This document shows, one piece after another, positions 38,991-49,069 of a stretch of 64,000 bases of DNA. The first letter of the stretch is position 1, and each line of letters starts with the position of its first letter. The stretch spans positions 5,847-69,846 of the forward strand of contig JAXDKU010000023.1 of assembly GCA_034667005.1 (NCBI GenBank), read 5' to 3'. The notes beneath the pieces are model-generated. The model ran no database searches, was not told where the DNA came from, and saw only the letters and a list, made by a program, of their open reading frames with translations. Made by a program: the position numbers and the translations under genes. The DNA is from Chloroflexota bacterium. GTDB lineage: Bacteria; Chloroflexota; Limnocylindria; Limnocylindrales; CSP1-4.

Positions 38991-40247
38991 TTGCGTCGCC
39001 CGATTACCTTTGCTTTTCTTGGGCTGTTCGCGTTCGCGCTCGTCGCCGGCCCGTCGCTCCTCACCGCGTTGCCGGCCTCCGCGGCCAACACTGCCGCCGC
39101 GACCACGACGTGCAGCAACAGCATCGACAACACCGGTGGCCTTGGGCTGATCTGTGAGATCCAGATCGTCAACACGTTCACCGCGCTTGGCGGCACGGCC
39201 GAGGTCACGATCCGCGAGTGCCACGGCGCGGCGGGCGATCCCGAAGCCGCCTGTGCGGGCCCGACGACCACGATCCTGACGGAGCCGGTCACGCAGGTCA
39301 CCCAGTGCAACGGCTCGATCAACGGCGGCGGCGGCACCCTTCGCTGCAGCGTCCAGATCACGAACCGGTTCGTGGGCGTCACGCCTTCCACGGCCGAGGT
39401 CACGATCAACCAGTGCGTCGGCTCCGGAAACCCGGGCGCCCTGACGAGCGGTTGTGACCCGTTCCCGGCGAACACCCTCAATGCCACCGTCACGCAGTGC
39501 AACGGGTCCGCCAACGGCGGGACGCTCGTGGAGCTGACCTGCACCGTGGACAGCTCGCTCCAGGCGGGCAACAACGTCACGGTCAATCAGTGCAATGGTT
39601 CCGGCAATGAAGGCGGAGCGCTGGTCATCTGCTCGACCAACGTGAGCAACATCATCGTCGCGGCCGTCACACCGGCACCGACCGCGGCCCCGACGGCCGC
39701 TCCGACCGCAGCCCCGACCGCCGCACCGACCGCGGCCCCCACACCCGCCCCCACTGCCGCACCGACCGCGGCCCCCACACCCGCCCCCACTGCCGCACCG
39801 ACCGCGGCCCCCACCGCCGCCCCGACGGCCGCTCCGACCGCAGCCCCGACGGCGGCCCCGACGGCGGCCCCGACGGCCGCACGGACGGCCGCACCGACCG
39901 CGGCCGTGACCCCAGCGATCACGCCGGCTCCGACCCTCGTCCCCGCCGGGACGCCGGTCCCGACCGACATTGCCACGACGCCGGCACCCACGGACGTCGC
40001 CACGACGCCCGCCCCGACGGAAGTGCCAGCGGCGCTCCCGACGCCGACCGCCGCCCCTACTGACGTGGTCCGGCCGGCCGGATCCCCGACGCCGGGCCTT
40101 CCGAATACCAGCACCGTCCCCACCGAAGGCCCTGATGCCGGCATCGGCCCAGGGTTCATGGCTGGACTCGCAGTCCTCATCGGGCTGTCGCTGATTGCGC
40201 TGGCTCGACGACAGGAACGATCGCGAGCCACCGTTCGCCGGAACTAG
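38991..40247 (+). CDS. Secreted, probably surface-anchored Cys-repeat protein with a (PTAA)n stalk
   Basis: TTG start with Shine-Dalgarno AGGTG. Signal peptide ...ALPASA|ANT. Six two-Cys repeats (VTQCNGSxNGG...C). About 20 PTAA units. C-terminal LPNTS...GPGF-hydrophobic helix-ARRQERSR. Confidence 0.8.
   Translation: MRRPITFAFLGLFAFALVAGPSLLTALPASAANTAAATTTCSNSIDNTGGLGLICEIQIVNTFTALGGTAEVTIRECHGAAGDPEAACAGPTTTILTEPVTQVTQCNGSINGGGGTLRCSVQITNRFVGVTPSTAEVTINQCVGSGNPGALTSGCDPFPANTLNATVTQCNGSANGGTLVELTCTVDSSLQAGNNVTVNQCNGSGNEGGALVICSTNVSNIIVAAVTPAPTAAPTAAPTAAPTAAPTAAPTPAPTAAPTAAPTPAPTAAPTAAPTAAPTAAPTAAPTAAPTAAPTAARTAAPTAAVTPAITPAPTLVPAGTPVPTDIATTPAPTDVATTPAPTEVPAALPTPTAAPTDVVRPAGSPTPGLPNTSTVPTEGPDAGIGPGFMAGLAVLIGLSLIALARRQERSRATVRRN
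39669..39908 (+). repeat. About 20 tandem copies of a 12-nt unit (ACC GCN GCC CCG) inside the CDS
   Basis: Read directly from the sequence. Encodes TAAP/TPAP repeats. Confidence 0.9.
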
Positions 40248-40273
40248 CCGGGCAACCCCGCCCTCTTACGCGA

Positions 40274-40304
40274 AGCCCCTCGTCCATGACGAGGGGCTCT
40301 TTCC
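40274..40304. terminator. Hairpin terminator between convergent genes
   Basis: AGCCCCTCGTC-cat-GACGAGGGGCT (11-bp stem, 40274-40298) followed by CTTTCC. Sits between the stop at 40247 (+) and the stop at 40343 (-). Confidence 0.6.
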
Positions 40305-40342
40305 TGCCCGCCTCCGGTCAGATCAGGCCGTGAGCGGCCCCG

Positions 40343-40717
40343 TCAGGGCCAGAAGGCGACCTGCTCCTCGTCAAGCGGCAGGGCGTGCCAGTCGTCCCGG
40401 ATCGGCGTGAAGACCTCGACCACGGTTGCGCCCTCCGGCCCCACGTCGGCCCCGTGCGGCACGTTCGAACGCACCGTCCAGGTCCCGCCGGGTCCGAGCG
40501 TTCGCTCTTCGTCGCCCGCCCGGAACGTGACCTGGCCCCGGATGACGATGCCGACCTGCTCGTTCTGATGCTGGTGGCTCGGCACCGTGCCGTTCGGCTC
40601 CAGCTCGACGAGCGACAAAGTGATCTGTTCGCTCTCGATCGTGCGGCCGGAGATGCCCTCCCAGAGTCGCTGGAACGGGACCTCATCGATGTGGCGGAGG
40701 TTGGGACGGTCGGTCAC
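40343..40717 (-). CDS. Cupin domain protein (124 aa)
   Basis: The C-terminal part of the 367-aa track ORF is cupin-like (PSHQHQNEQVGIVIRGQVTF...G..W.V.SNVPHG). GTG 40717 overlaps the upstream stop (GTGA). Confidence 0.75.
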   Translation of the reverse strand: MTDRPNLRHIDEVPFQRLWEGISGRTIESEQITLSLVELEPNGTVPSHQHQNEQVGIVIRGQVTFRAGDEERTLGPGGTWTVRSNVPHGADVGPEGATVVEVFTPIRDDWHALPLDEEQVAFWP

Positions 40718-41970
40718 GCCGCGACCGGCGAGGTGGCCTCGATGACCCGGGCCGCGGCCTCGACCAGATCGTCGATGTCCGACTCCGTCGCCGGGACGGG
40801 GATCGCCCCCATCCCGCGCGGAGCGAGGCTGAAGCCTTCGAGCAGCATCCCCAGCCAGAACGTGGGTGCGTCGGCGCCGGTCGCGATCGCCGAGATTCCC
40901 TCCTCGGCGCCCCAGATCTGGAAGAGCGACCCGACGCCCTCGATGCGGCCACCCAGGCGTCGGTTCGCCAGCGCCCCGGCGAACCGCGCCCGGAGCCGGT
41001 CGCCGAGGCGATCGAGCTCGTCGTAGCGGTCGGGCGTCATCTCGCGGAGCGTGGCCAGTCCCGCGGCCGCGGCCACGGGGTTGCCGTTGAACGTGCCGCC
41101 ATGGGACATCGCGCCCGACCGGCGCGCGTCGAACTGGTCCATCACGTCCGCCCGCCCGCCGAACGCGGCGAGCGGGTACCCGCCGCCGATGATCTTGCCC
41201 AGCGTGGTCAGGTCGGGCGTGACGCCGAGCCGGCCCTGCGCGCCGTTTGGCCCGAGCCGGAAGCAGATGATCTCGTCGAAGATCAGCAGCGCGCCGTGCC
41301 GCTGGGTGAAGTCCCGCAGGAACTGGAGGAACTCGGGCTTCGCGGCGCGGATCCCGCCCGCGCCCTGAACCGGCTCGATGATGATCGCGGCGAGCTTCTT
41401 GCCCAGCCCGGCGAGAGCCGTCTCCACGCCGTCCGGATCGTTCCACGGCAGCACCACGACGGTCTCAGAGATCGCGGCCGGGACGCCTGGCGTGCCGGCC
41501 ATGGCCACGTCGTGCGTGCCGTGGTACGCCCGCTCGAACTTGGCGATCAGGTCCCGGCCGGTGAACGCGCGCGCCGCCCGCATCGCGAACATCGTGGCCT
41601 CGGTGCCGGAGTTGGTGAAACGCACTCGTTCGACCGACGCAAGCCGCCGCGTGAGCTCCTCCGCCAGCTCGATCTCGACCTCGCTCGGGGCGCCGAACGC
41701 CGAGCCCTTTCGGACCTGTGCCTCGACGGCCTCGACGACCGCAGGGTGCGCGTGGCCGAGGATCAGGCTGGAGTAGTTCCCCAGGAAGTCGCGGTACTCG
41801 TTGCCGTCGACGTCCCAGAAGCGCAGACCCTGGCCGTGGTCGACGTACGGCGGGTAGGGCGGGGCGTAGATCGTGGTCCGCGTCGATCCACCGGGAATCG
41901 AGCGTGATGCCCGCTCGAACAGCGCCGCGGACCGCGGCGTCCGCGCCATGTACTCGTCGATCAGCGACAC
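40714..41970 (-). CDS. Class-III aminotransferase, glutamate-1-semialdehyde 2,1-aminomutase-like
   Basis: IPGGSTR, NYSSLILGHAHP, FDEIICFRLG, TLGKIIGGGYPLAAFGGR (PLP-Lys context as in HemL). It differs from canonical HemL at the N-terminal GGVNSPVRAF motif. Confidence 0.82.
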   Translation of the reverse strand: MSLIDEYMARTPRSAALFERASRSIPGGSTRTTIYAPPYPPYVDHGQGLRFWDVDGNEYRDFLGNYSSLILGHAHPAVVEAVEAQVRKGSAFGAPSEVEIELAEELTRRLASVERVRFTNSGTEATMFAMRAARAFTGRDLIAKFERAYHGTHDVAMAGTPGVPAAISETVVVLPWNDPDGVETALAGLGKKLAAIIIEPVQGAGGIRAAKPEFLQFLRDFTQRHGALLIFDEIICFRLGPNGAQGRLGVTPDLTTLGKIIGGGYPLAAFGGRADVMDQFDARRSGAMSHGGTFNGNPVAAAAGLATLREMTPDRYDELDRLGDRLRARFAGALANRRLGGRIEGVGSLFQIWGAEEGISAIATGADAPTFWLGMLLEGFSLAPRGMGAIPVPATESDIDDLVEAAARVIEATSPVAA

Positions 41971-42096
41971 ATCGTTCTCCCGTTCGGATGGTCACCTAAC
42001 GGTACGCCCCGGAAGGCCGGTCCGCTACGATAGGCCGCCCCGTGGGCCCGCCTCGCCGTCGCGCGCCCGCGCCAACCGATATCCACCAGGTGAGCC

Positions 42097-43566
42097 GTGT
42101 CCGCCGCGCCGTCAGACCGCTTCGTCAAGGGCATCACGTCACAGTCCGAGGACTTCCCGGGCTGGTACAACGACGTGGTCCTGAAGGCGGAGCTGGCCGA
42201 CTACAGCCCGGTGCGCGGCTGCATGGTCATCCGGCCCTACGGGTACGCAGTCTGGGAATCGATGCGCGACGAGCTGGACCGCCACATCAAGCGGACCGGC
42301 CACAGCAACGTCTACTTCCCGCTCTTCGTGCCGCGCTCGCTCCTGGAGAAGGAGGCCGAGCACGTCGAGGGCTTCAACCCGCAGGTCGCCTGGGTCACGC
42401 ACGCCGGGGGCGAGGAGCTCACCGAGTGGCTGGCCATCCGGCCCACGAGCGAGGCGATCATCGCGGAGAAGGTCAAGGACTGGGTCCAGTCCTACCGGGA
42501 CCTGCCGCTGCTCATGAACCTGTGGAACAACGTGGTCCGCTGGGAGTTGCGCACGCGGCTCTTCCTGCGCACCACGGAGTTCCTGTGGCAGGAGGCGCAC
42601 ACCTTCCACGCTACCGAGCAGGAGGCGGCCGGCGAGGTGGCGATCGGCCTGGAGGCGTACCGCGCGGTCTCGGAGGAGTGGCTCGCGATCCCCGTCATCC
42701 GCGGCCGCAAGACCCCGGCGGAGACGTTCCCCGGCGCCGTCTACACGCACGCCATCGAGGCGATGATGCGCGATCGCAAGGCCCTCCAGGCGGGCACGAG
42801 CCACATGCTGGGGCAGAACTTCGCGAAGTCCGCGGGCATCGAGTTCCTCGACCGCGACAACCTCCGCAAGAACCCCTACGGCACATCGTGGGGATTTTCC
42901 ACGCGCATGGTCGGCGCCACGATCATGGCCCACGGCGATGACTCGGGGCTGGTCCTGCCACCGAACGTCACACCCGTCCAGCTGGTGATCGTCCCGATCT
43001 TCCGGTCGGACGAGGACAAGGCCAAGGTCGAGGAGGCGATCGGCACGCTCGAGCGGTCGCTGGGCACGGTGCAGACAGCCTCGGGGCCGCTTCGCTTCAA
43101 GGTCGACTGGCGCGAGGAGTCACCCGGCTTCAAATACAGCCACTGGGAGCTTCGGGGCGTCCCGTTCCGGCTGGAGATCGGCCCGCGCGACGTGGCGTCG
43201 GGCCAGGGCGTGCTCGTCCGCCGGGTCGACCGGACGAAGGAGCCCGTGGCGCTCGATGCGCTCGCCGACGAGCTGCCGCAGCGCCTGGCCGACTACCAGG
43301 CCATGCTCTTCCAGCGCGCGCTCGAGTTCCGCGAGGCGAACACCCACCGGGTCGACGACTACGACGCCTTCAAGCGAACGCTCGAGGACGACGGCGGCTT
43401 CCTGCGCGCCCCCTGGTGCGGCTCGGCCGACTGCGAGAAGAAGGTCGGCACGGAGACCGGTGCAACGATCCGGGTGATCCCGTTCGATTCGCCGGACGAG
43501 CCGGGCGCGTGCATCGTGGACGGCAAGCCCTCGGAGCGCCGGGTGCTCTTCGCTCGGGCGTACTGA
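42097..43566 (+). CDS. proS: Proline--tRNA ligase (archaeal/eukaryote-like type)
   Basis: FPGWYNDVVLKAELADYSPVRGCMVIRPYGYAVWE and C-terminal PWCGSADCEKKV...YAY-type end. GTG start. Confidence 0.92.
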   Translation: MSAAPSDRFVKGITSQSEDFPGWYNDVVLKAELADYSPVRGCMVIRPYGYAVWESMRDELDRHIKRTGHSNVYFPLFVPRSLLEKEAEHVEGFNPQVAWVTHAGGEELTEWLAIRPTSEAIIAEKVKDWVQSYRDLPLLMNLWNNVVRWELRTRLFLRTTEFLWQEAHTFHATEQEAAGEVAIGLEAYRAVSEEWLAIPVIRGRKTPAETFPGAVYTHAIEAMMRDRKALQAGTSHMLGQNFAKSAGIEFLDRDNLRKNPYGTSWGFSTRMVGATIMAHGDDSGLVLPPNVTPVQLVIVPIFRSDEDKAKVEEAIGTLERSLGTVQTASGPLRFKVDWREESPGFKYSHWELRGVPFRLEIGPRDVASGQGVLVRRVDRTKEPVALDALADELPQRLADYQAMLFQRALEFREANTHRVDDYDAFKRTLEDDGGFLRAPWCGSADCEKKVGTETGATIRVIPFDSPDEPGACIVDGKPSERRVLFARAY

Positions 43567-43574
43567 CCTTCGCG

Positions 43575-43985
43575 ATGGCCCGCTCGGCGGTGCTCGGTGC
43601 CCTGCTCCTGATCATCGGCTGCACCAGCCCGGCACCGACGACGCCTCCGGACTTTCCCGGGATCTCCGTTTCCAACGGCACCGACCTCGACGTTGCGCTC
43701 GTCGTGAATGGCAGCGCGATCGCCACGATTGCGCATTCGGTGACGACGACGATCGAATCCAGCCGGCTGCCGCCTCTGCCCTGGGCCGTTGCCGTCCGAG
43801 CGAGCAGCGGCCGGCTGCTCGGGAACATGACCGTGAACGTCGCCGACGTTCGCACGGGTGGCGCCAACTCGACCGGCGATGCCATCCGCATCGACCTCTC
43901 GTGCGGCCGGCTTGACGTCTGGGTCGGACCGCCACTCTTCGGACCGGCCCCGGGCCCGGGACAGCCCGGCGACTGTCGGCCCTAG
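43575..43985 (+). CDS. Putative lipoprotein (136 aa)
   Basis: MARSAVLGALLLIIGC lipobox. ATG lies 8 nt after the proS stop. The track's upstream 53 codons are junk. Confidence 0.65.
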   Translation: MARSAVLGALLLIIGCTSPAPTTPPDFPGISVSNGTDLDVALVVNGSAIATIAHSVTTTIESSRLPPLPWAVAVRASSGRLLGNMTVNVADVRTGGANSTGDAIRIDLSCGRLDVWVGPPLFGPAPGPGQPGDCRP

Positions 43986-44012
43986 CTCTCGACCTCTAGG
44001 GCCGGGCCGTCT

Positions 44013-45002
44013 CTATGCCAGAGCGGCGCGCAGCACCCGCACGGCGTTCAGGGTGAGCATCTCGCTCGGGCCGCTCCGGGGCCAGGCAACGACGTCGCGG
44101 TCCCGCCGGCGCAGGCTCTCCGTCCGCCACTTGATGCCGCCTTCGGCCGGCCAGCGCCCGTCCGCCAGCCGTTTCGAGCGGACGAGCTCGAGCGCGTCCT
44201 CGGCGCGCGCGTCCGGAAGGGCACCCGCGCGAGCCAGCACGGTCAGCCCCCAGAGGACGTCGTAGGCGTAGTACGGCGGCCAGTGGAGCTCCAGCCAGCG
44301 TGGGTCGCCGATCGCGCCGGTTCGATGGGAGCGGTAGACCTCGTGGTCGAGAAAGAAGCCCGCCGTCCGGCGGTTTGCCTGGGCCGCGTCGCGGTCACCG
44401 GTGGCCGTTGCGTATTCGGCAAGGCCCCAGAGCGGCGTGACCGTCTCGTAGAAGCTGGAATGCGTCGTCGAGGCCGTGCGCACGCAGTTCCAGCCGCCGT
44501 CCGGCCACTGCCAGCCCATCAGCGACTCGGCGAGGAGCCTGACCCGCGGGTCGCCGGCCAGTCCGAGCCGCACGCCGACCGCCAGCGCGTTGCCCTCCTG
44601 CGACGCGCAGCGGCGGGAGCGGCCGTCGATCTCCGGCACGCTCTTCAGATGGCGCGCAGCGGTGAGCCAGCGCAGCACCGTCTCGTAGGCTGCCAGCGCG
44701 CGAGGCTCGCCGGCGGGAACGCCCAGCTCCACGAGCGAGACCAGCCGCCAGTGCGCGCCCTTCCACTTGCTGTAGACGTCCACGCCGAAGCCGCCGTCCG
44801 GTTGCTGGCCCTCGAGGAGCGCCGTCATCATCGGACCATTGAGGACGCGGGCCTCGTCGCCGGCCGTATCCTCGCCGAGCAGGTCGCGGCGCGCCTGCAT
44901 CCGAATTCCGGGCTCGTCCGAGCTCAGCAGCCAGTCGATGGCGAGCCGATCGAGCTCGGCGTCGCTGGGGAGCTGGGTGCGCGCGTCGACGGTCGTCGCC
45001 AT
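44013..45002 (-). CDS. Hypothetical protein with prenyltransferase/terpene-cyclase-like (alpha/alpha toroid) repeats
   Basis: Natural composition, versus Arg-rich junk on the + strand. Repeated motifs QQPDGGFG, QWPDGGWN, LADGRWP. Confidence 0.55.
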   Translation of the reverse strand: MATTVDARTQLPSDAELDRLAIDWLLSSDEPGIRMQARRDLLGEDTAGDEARVLNGPMMTALLEGQQPDGGFGVDVYSKWKGAHWRLVSLVELGVPAGEPRALAAYETVLRWLTAARHLKSVPEIDGRSRRCASQEGNALAVGVRLGLAGDPRVRLLAESLMGWQWPDGGWNCVRTASTTHSSFYETVTPLWGLAEYATATGDRDAAQANRRTAGFFLDHEVYRSHRTGAIGDPRWLELHWPPYYAYDVLWGLTVLARAGALPDARAEDALELVRSKRLADGRWPAEGGIKWRTESLRRRDRDVVAWPRSGPSEMLTLNAVRVLRAALA

Positions 45003-45098
45003 GCGTCAAGGATCGGCCCAGCGCGCAAGCCCTGTCGAGGGGTGACGTCAACTGCGCCCTCGCCGCTCGTCGTCGAGGCGGGTCGACACCCCTCCCAG

Positions 45099-45107
45099 TG
45101 CTATACT
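45099..45107 (+). promoter_or_regulatory. Candidate extended -10 box (TGcTATACT) of the nusA operon
   Basis: TGnTATACT lies 164 nt upstream of the nusA GTG. Confidence 0.4.
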
Positions 45108-45134
45108 CCGCGGGCTGTAGCATCGGCCGCCTCG

Positions 45135-45163
45135 AACGTGGGTGACCCCCACGTTTCTTTGTG
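45135..45163 (+). terminator. Intrinsic terminator/attenuator in the nusA leader
   Basis: AACGTGGG-tgacc-CCCACGTT (8-bp stem, 5-nt loop) runs directly into TCTTTGTG, giving the RNA tail GUUUCUUUGUG. Oriented for + strand transcripts. Confidence 0.55.
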
Positions 45164-45270
45164 ACCGGAAGCGTTTGAGTTCAGAACGAGAGAGCCAATG
45201 ACGCACCGCGGCCCCCATGTGAGGGAACGGCCGCAGGGTTCAGGGCAAAGGATCGGAGAGGAGGAGCACC

Positions 45271-46872
45271 GTGAGTCGTGACTTCATCGGCGCGCTCCTT
45301 CAGCTGAACGCGGAGAAGGGTGTCTCGCGCGAGCAGCTGGTCCGCACGGTGGAGGAAGCGATCCAGTCGGCGTACCGCCGAGTCGAGCCGGGCAACGAGG
45401 ACGTCAACGTCAGCCTGGACATCGAAACCGGCAAGATGCGCGTCTACCGCGCCAAGACCGCCGTCGCCGAGGTCGAGGATCCGTTCGTCGAGTTCACCCT
45501 TGACGAGGCCAAGAAGTACAAGCCGGAAGCCCGCCTTGGCGACCTGGTCGAGACGGAGGAGCTGGACGGCTCCACATTCGGCCGCATCCATGCACAGACC
45601 GCCAAGCAGGTCGTGCTCCAGCGCCTGCGCGAGGCGGAGCGCGAGGTCGTCTTCAGCCAGTTCGCGGACCGCGAGAGCGAGATCATCACCGGCACCGTGA
45701 GCCGTGTGGAGCCGCGCGGCGTGATCCTGGAGATGGGCAAGGCCGAGGCGATCCTGGCCACCACCGACCAGTCCGCGACCGAGCACTACCGCATTGGGCA
45801 GCACGTCAAGGCGTTCGTGCTGGAGGTCCGCCGCACCACCCGCGGTCCGCTGATCTACGTCAGCCGGACCCACAAGAACTTCCTGCGCCGTCTCTTCGAG
45901 CTGGAAGTGCCGGAGATCCACGCGGGCACAGTGGAGATCAAGGCGATCGCGCGCGAGGCCGGATCCCGGAGCAAGGTTGCCGTCGCCAGCCGCCAGGAGG
46001 GCCTCGATCCCGTCGGGGCCACCGTCGGCCAGCGCGGGGGACGCGTCCAGTCCGTCGTCGCCGAGCTCGGCGGCGAGAAGATCGACATCATCCCCTGGAA
46101 CGAGGACCCCGCGGTCTTCGTCGCGAATGCGCTCCAGCCCGCAACCGTGGTCAAGGTGGACATCGACGAGGAGGCGCGCATCGCCAGCGTCACGGTGCCC
46201 GAGCGCATGCTTTCGCTCGCGATCGGCCGGGAGGGCCAGAACGCCCGCCTCGCGGCAAAGCTGACCGGCTGGCGCATCGACATCCGGAGCGATCAGGCGC
46301 CGGCCCGCGAGGGCGGCCCCGCCGAGCGACCGGGTCGTCCGGCGCGCGCGGAGCGCGACACCCCTGCCGAAGCCACGCCAGCGGCCGAGGCGCCGCAGGA
46401 CGCCGAGGCCTCGCGCATCGGTGACGACATGCCCGGCGTCGCGGAAGCCATTGCCGCCGGGGCCGCAGAGGCCGAGGCCGCTGCCGCAGGAGCCTCCACT
46501 GGAGCTTCCGCAGCCGACGCCTCGACGAACGACGACGCGGCCGAGCCGGTTGCCGCCAAGCCGAAGCGAACGCGCAAGACGGCCGCCACGACTGCGGATG
46601 CAGCGAGCGCCGCTGCCGCCCAGGCCGATGGAAGCGCCGCTGCCGCCGAGCCCGCCCCGGCAGGGGAGGCGGCCACGGAGACCGCCGCAGACGCGCCGGC
46701 GGAGACCAAGCCCGCCACGCGCACCAGGGCCGCGGCCCGGTCCAAGAGCGCCGCCGCTTCCACGGACGAGGTGGATGCCACCGCCGTGCCCGTGGTCGCG
46801 GCCTCGACCGACGGCGAGAAGCCCGCCGCACCGAAGCGTGCGCGCCGCCCCAAGGCGGAGGTGGCGTCATAG
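45271..46872 (+). CDS. nusA: Transcription termination/antitermination factor NusA
   Basis: GTG follows GGAGAGGAGGAG. S1 domain ([18 protein letters not shown]) and KH domains ([31 protein letters not shown]). About 190 aa of low-complexity C-terminal tail. Confidence 0.93.
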   Translation: MSRDFIGALLQLNAEKGVSREQLVRTVEEAIQSAYRRVEPGNEDVNVSLDIETGKMRVYRAKTAVAEVEDPFVEFTLDEAKKYKPEARLGDLVETEELDGSTFGRIHAQTAKQVVLQRLREAEREVVFSQFADRESEIITGTVSRVEPRGVILEMGKAEAILATTDQSATEHYRIGQHVKAFVLEVRRTTRGPLIYVSRTHKNFLRRLFELEVPEIHAGTVEIKAIAREAGSRSKVAVASRQEGLDPVGATVGQRGGRVQSVVAELGGEKIDIIPWNEDPAVFVANALQPATVVKVDIDEEARIASVTVPERMLSLAIGREGQNARLAAKLTGWRIDIRSDQAPAREGGPAERPGRPARAERDTPAEATPAAEAPQDAEASRIGDDMPGVAEAIAAGAAEAEAAAAGASTGASAADASTNDDAAEPVAAKPKRTRKTAATTADAASAAAAQADGSAAAAEPAPAGEAATETAADAPAETKPATRTRAAARSKSAAASTDEVDATAVPVVAASTDGEKPAAPKRARRPKAEVAS

Positions 46873-46904
46873 CCGCCACCGCGACGCCCGCGCGCCGCTT
46901 CCCG

Positions 46905-47163
46905 ATGCGGACATGCGTGGCCTGTCGAACCGAGCGCCAGAAGCGCGATCTCGTGCGCATCGTGCGCACGCCCGACCACGACGTCATCCTCGATACCACC
47001 GGCCGCCTGGCCGGCCGCGGCGCCTACCTGTGCGCCGACGGCTCGTGCTGGACGCTTGCATTGAAGAGATCCGCGATCGAGCGCGCCCTGGAGGTGCCAC
47101 TGCCGGCCGAGCTGCGCAGTCGCCTCGAGCTTGGCGAGCCCGCTTCGCTCCAGGGAGGTGCTC

Positions 47164-47174
<11 letters not shown>
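46905..47174 (+). CDS. ylxR: YlxR/DUF448 RNA-binding protein
   Basis: [20 protein letters not shown]...GRGAYLC. Lies between nusA and infB. Confidence 0.9.
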
Positions 47175-49065
<1,891 letters not shown>

Positions 49066-49069
49066 TCTC

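Noticed and set aside
39587-40231. 214-aa minus-strand ORF with (VGAA)n repeats
   Set aside because: It is the reverse complement of the PTAA repeat. The plus-strand frame has a signal peptide, Cys repeats and a membrane anchor, so the minus ORF is a mirror artefact.
40718-41446. The N-terminal 243 codons of the 367-aa minus-strand ORF ending in the cupin
   Set aside because: They are out of frame with, and fully inside, the aminotransferase gene, and the translation is Arg/Gly/Pro junk. The cupin starts at GTG 40717.
45181-45921. 246-aa minus-strand ORF over the nusA 5' region
   Set aside because: It is antisense to the well-supported nusA S1 domain. It has no motifs and no start context.
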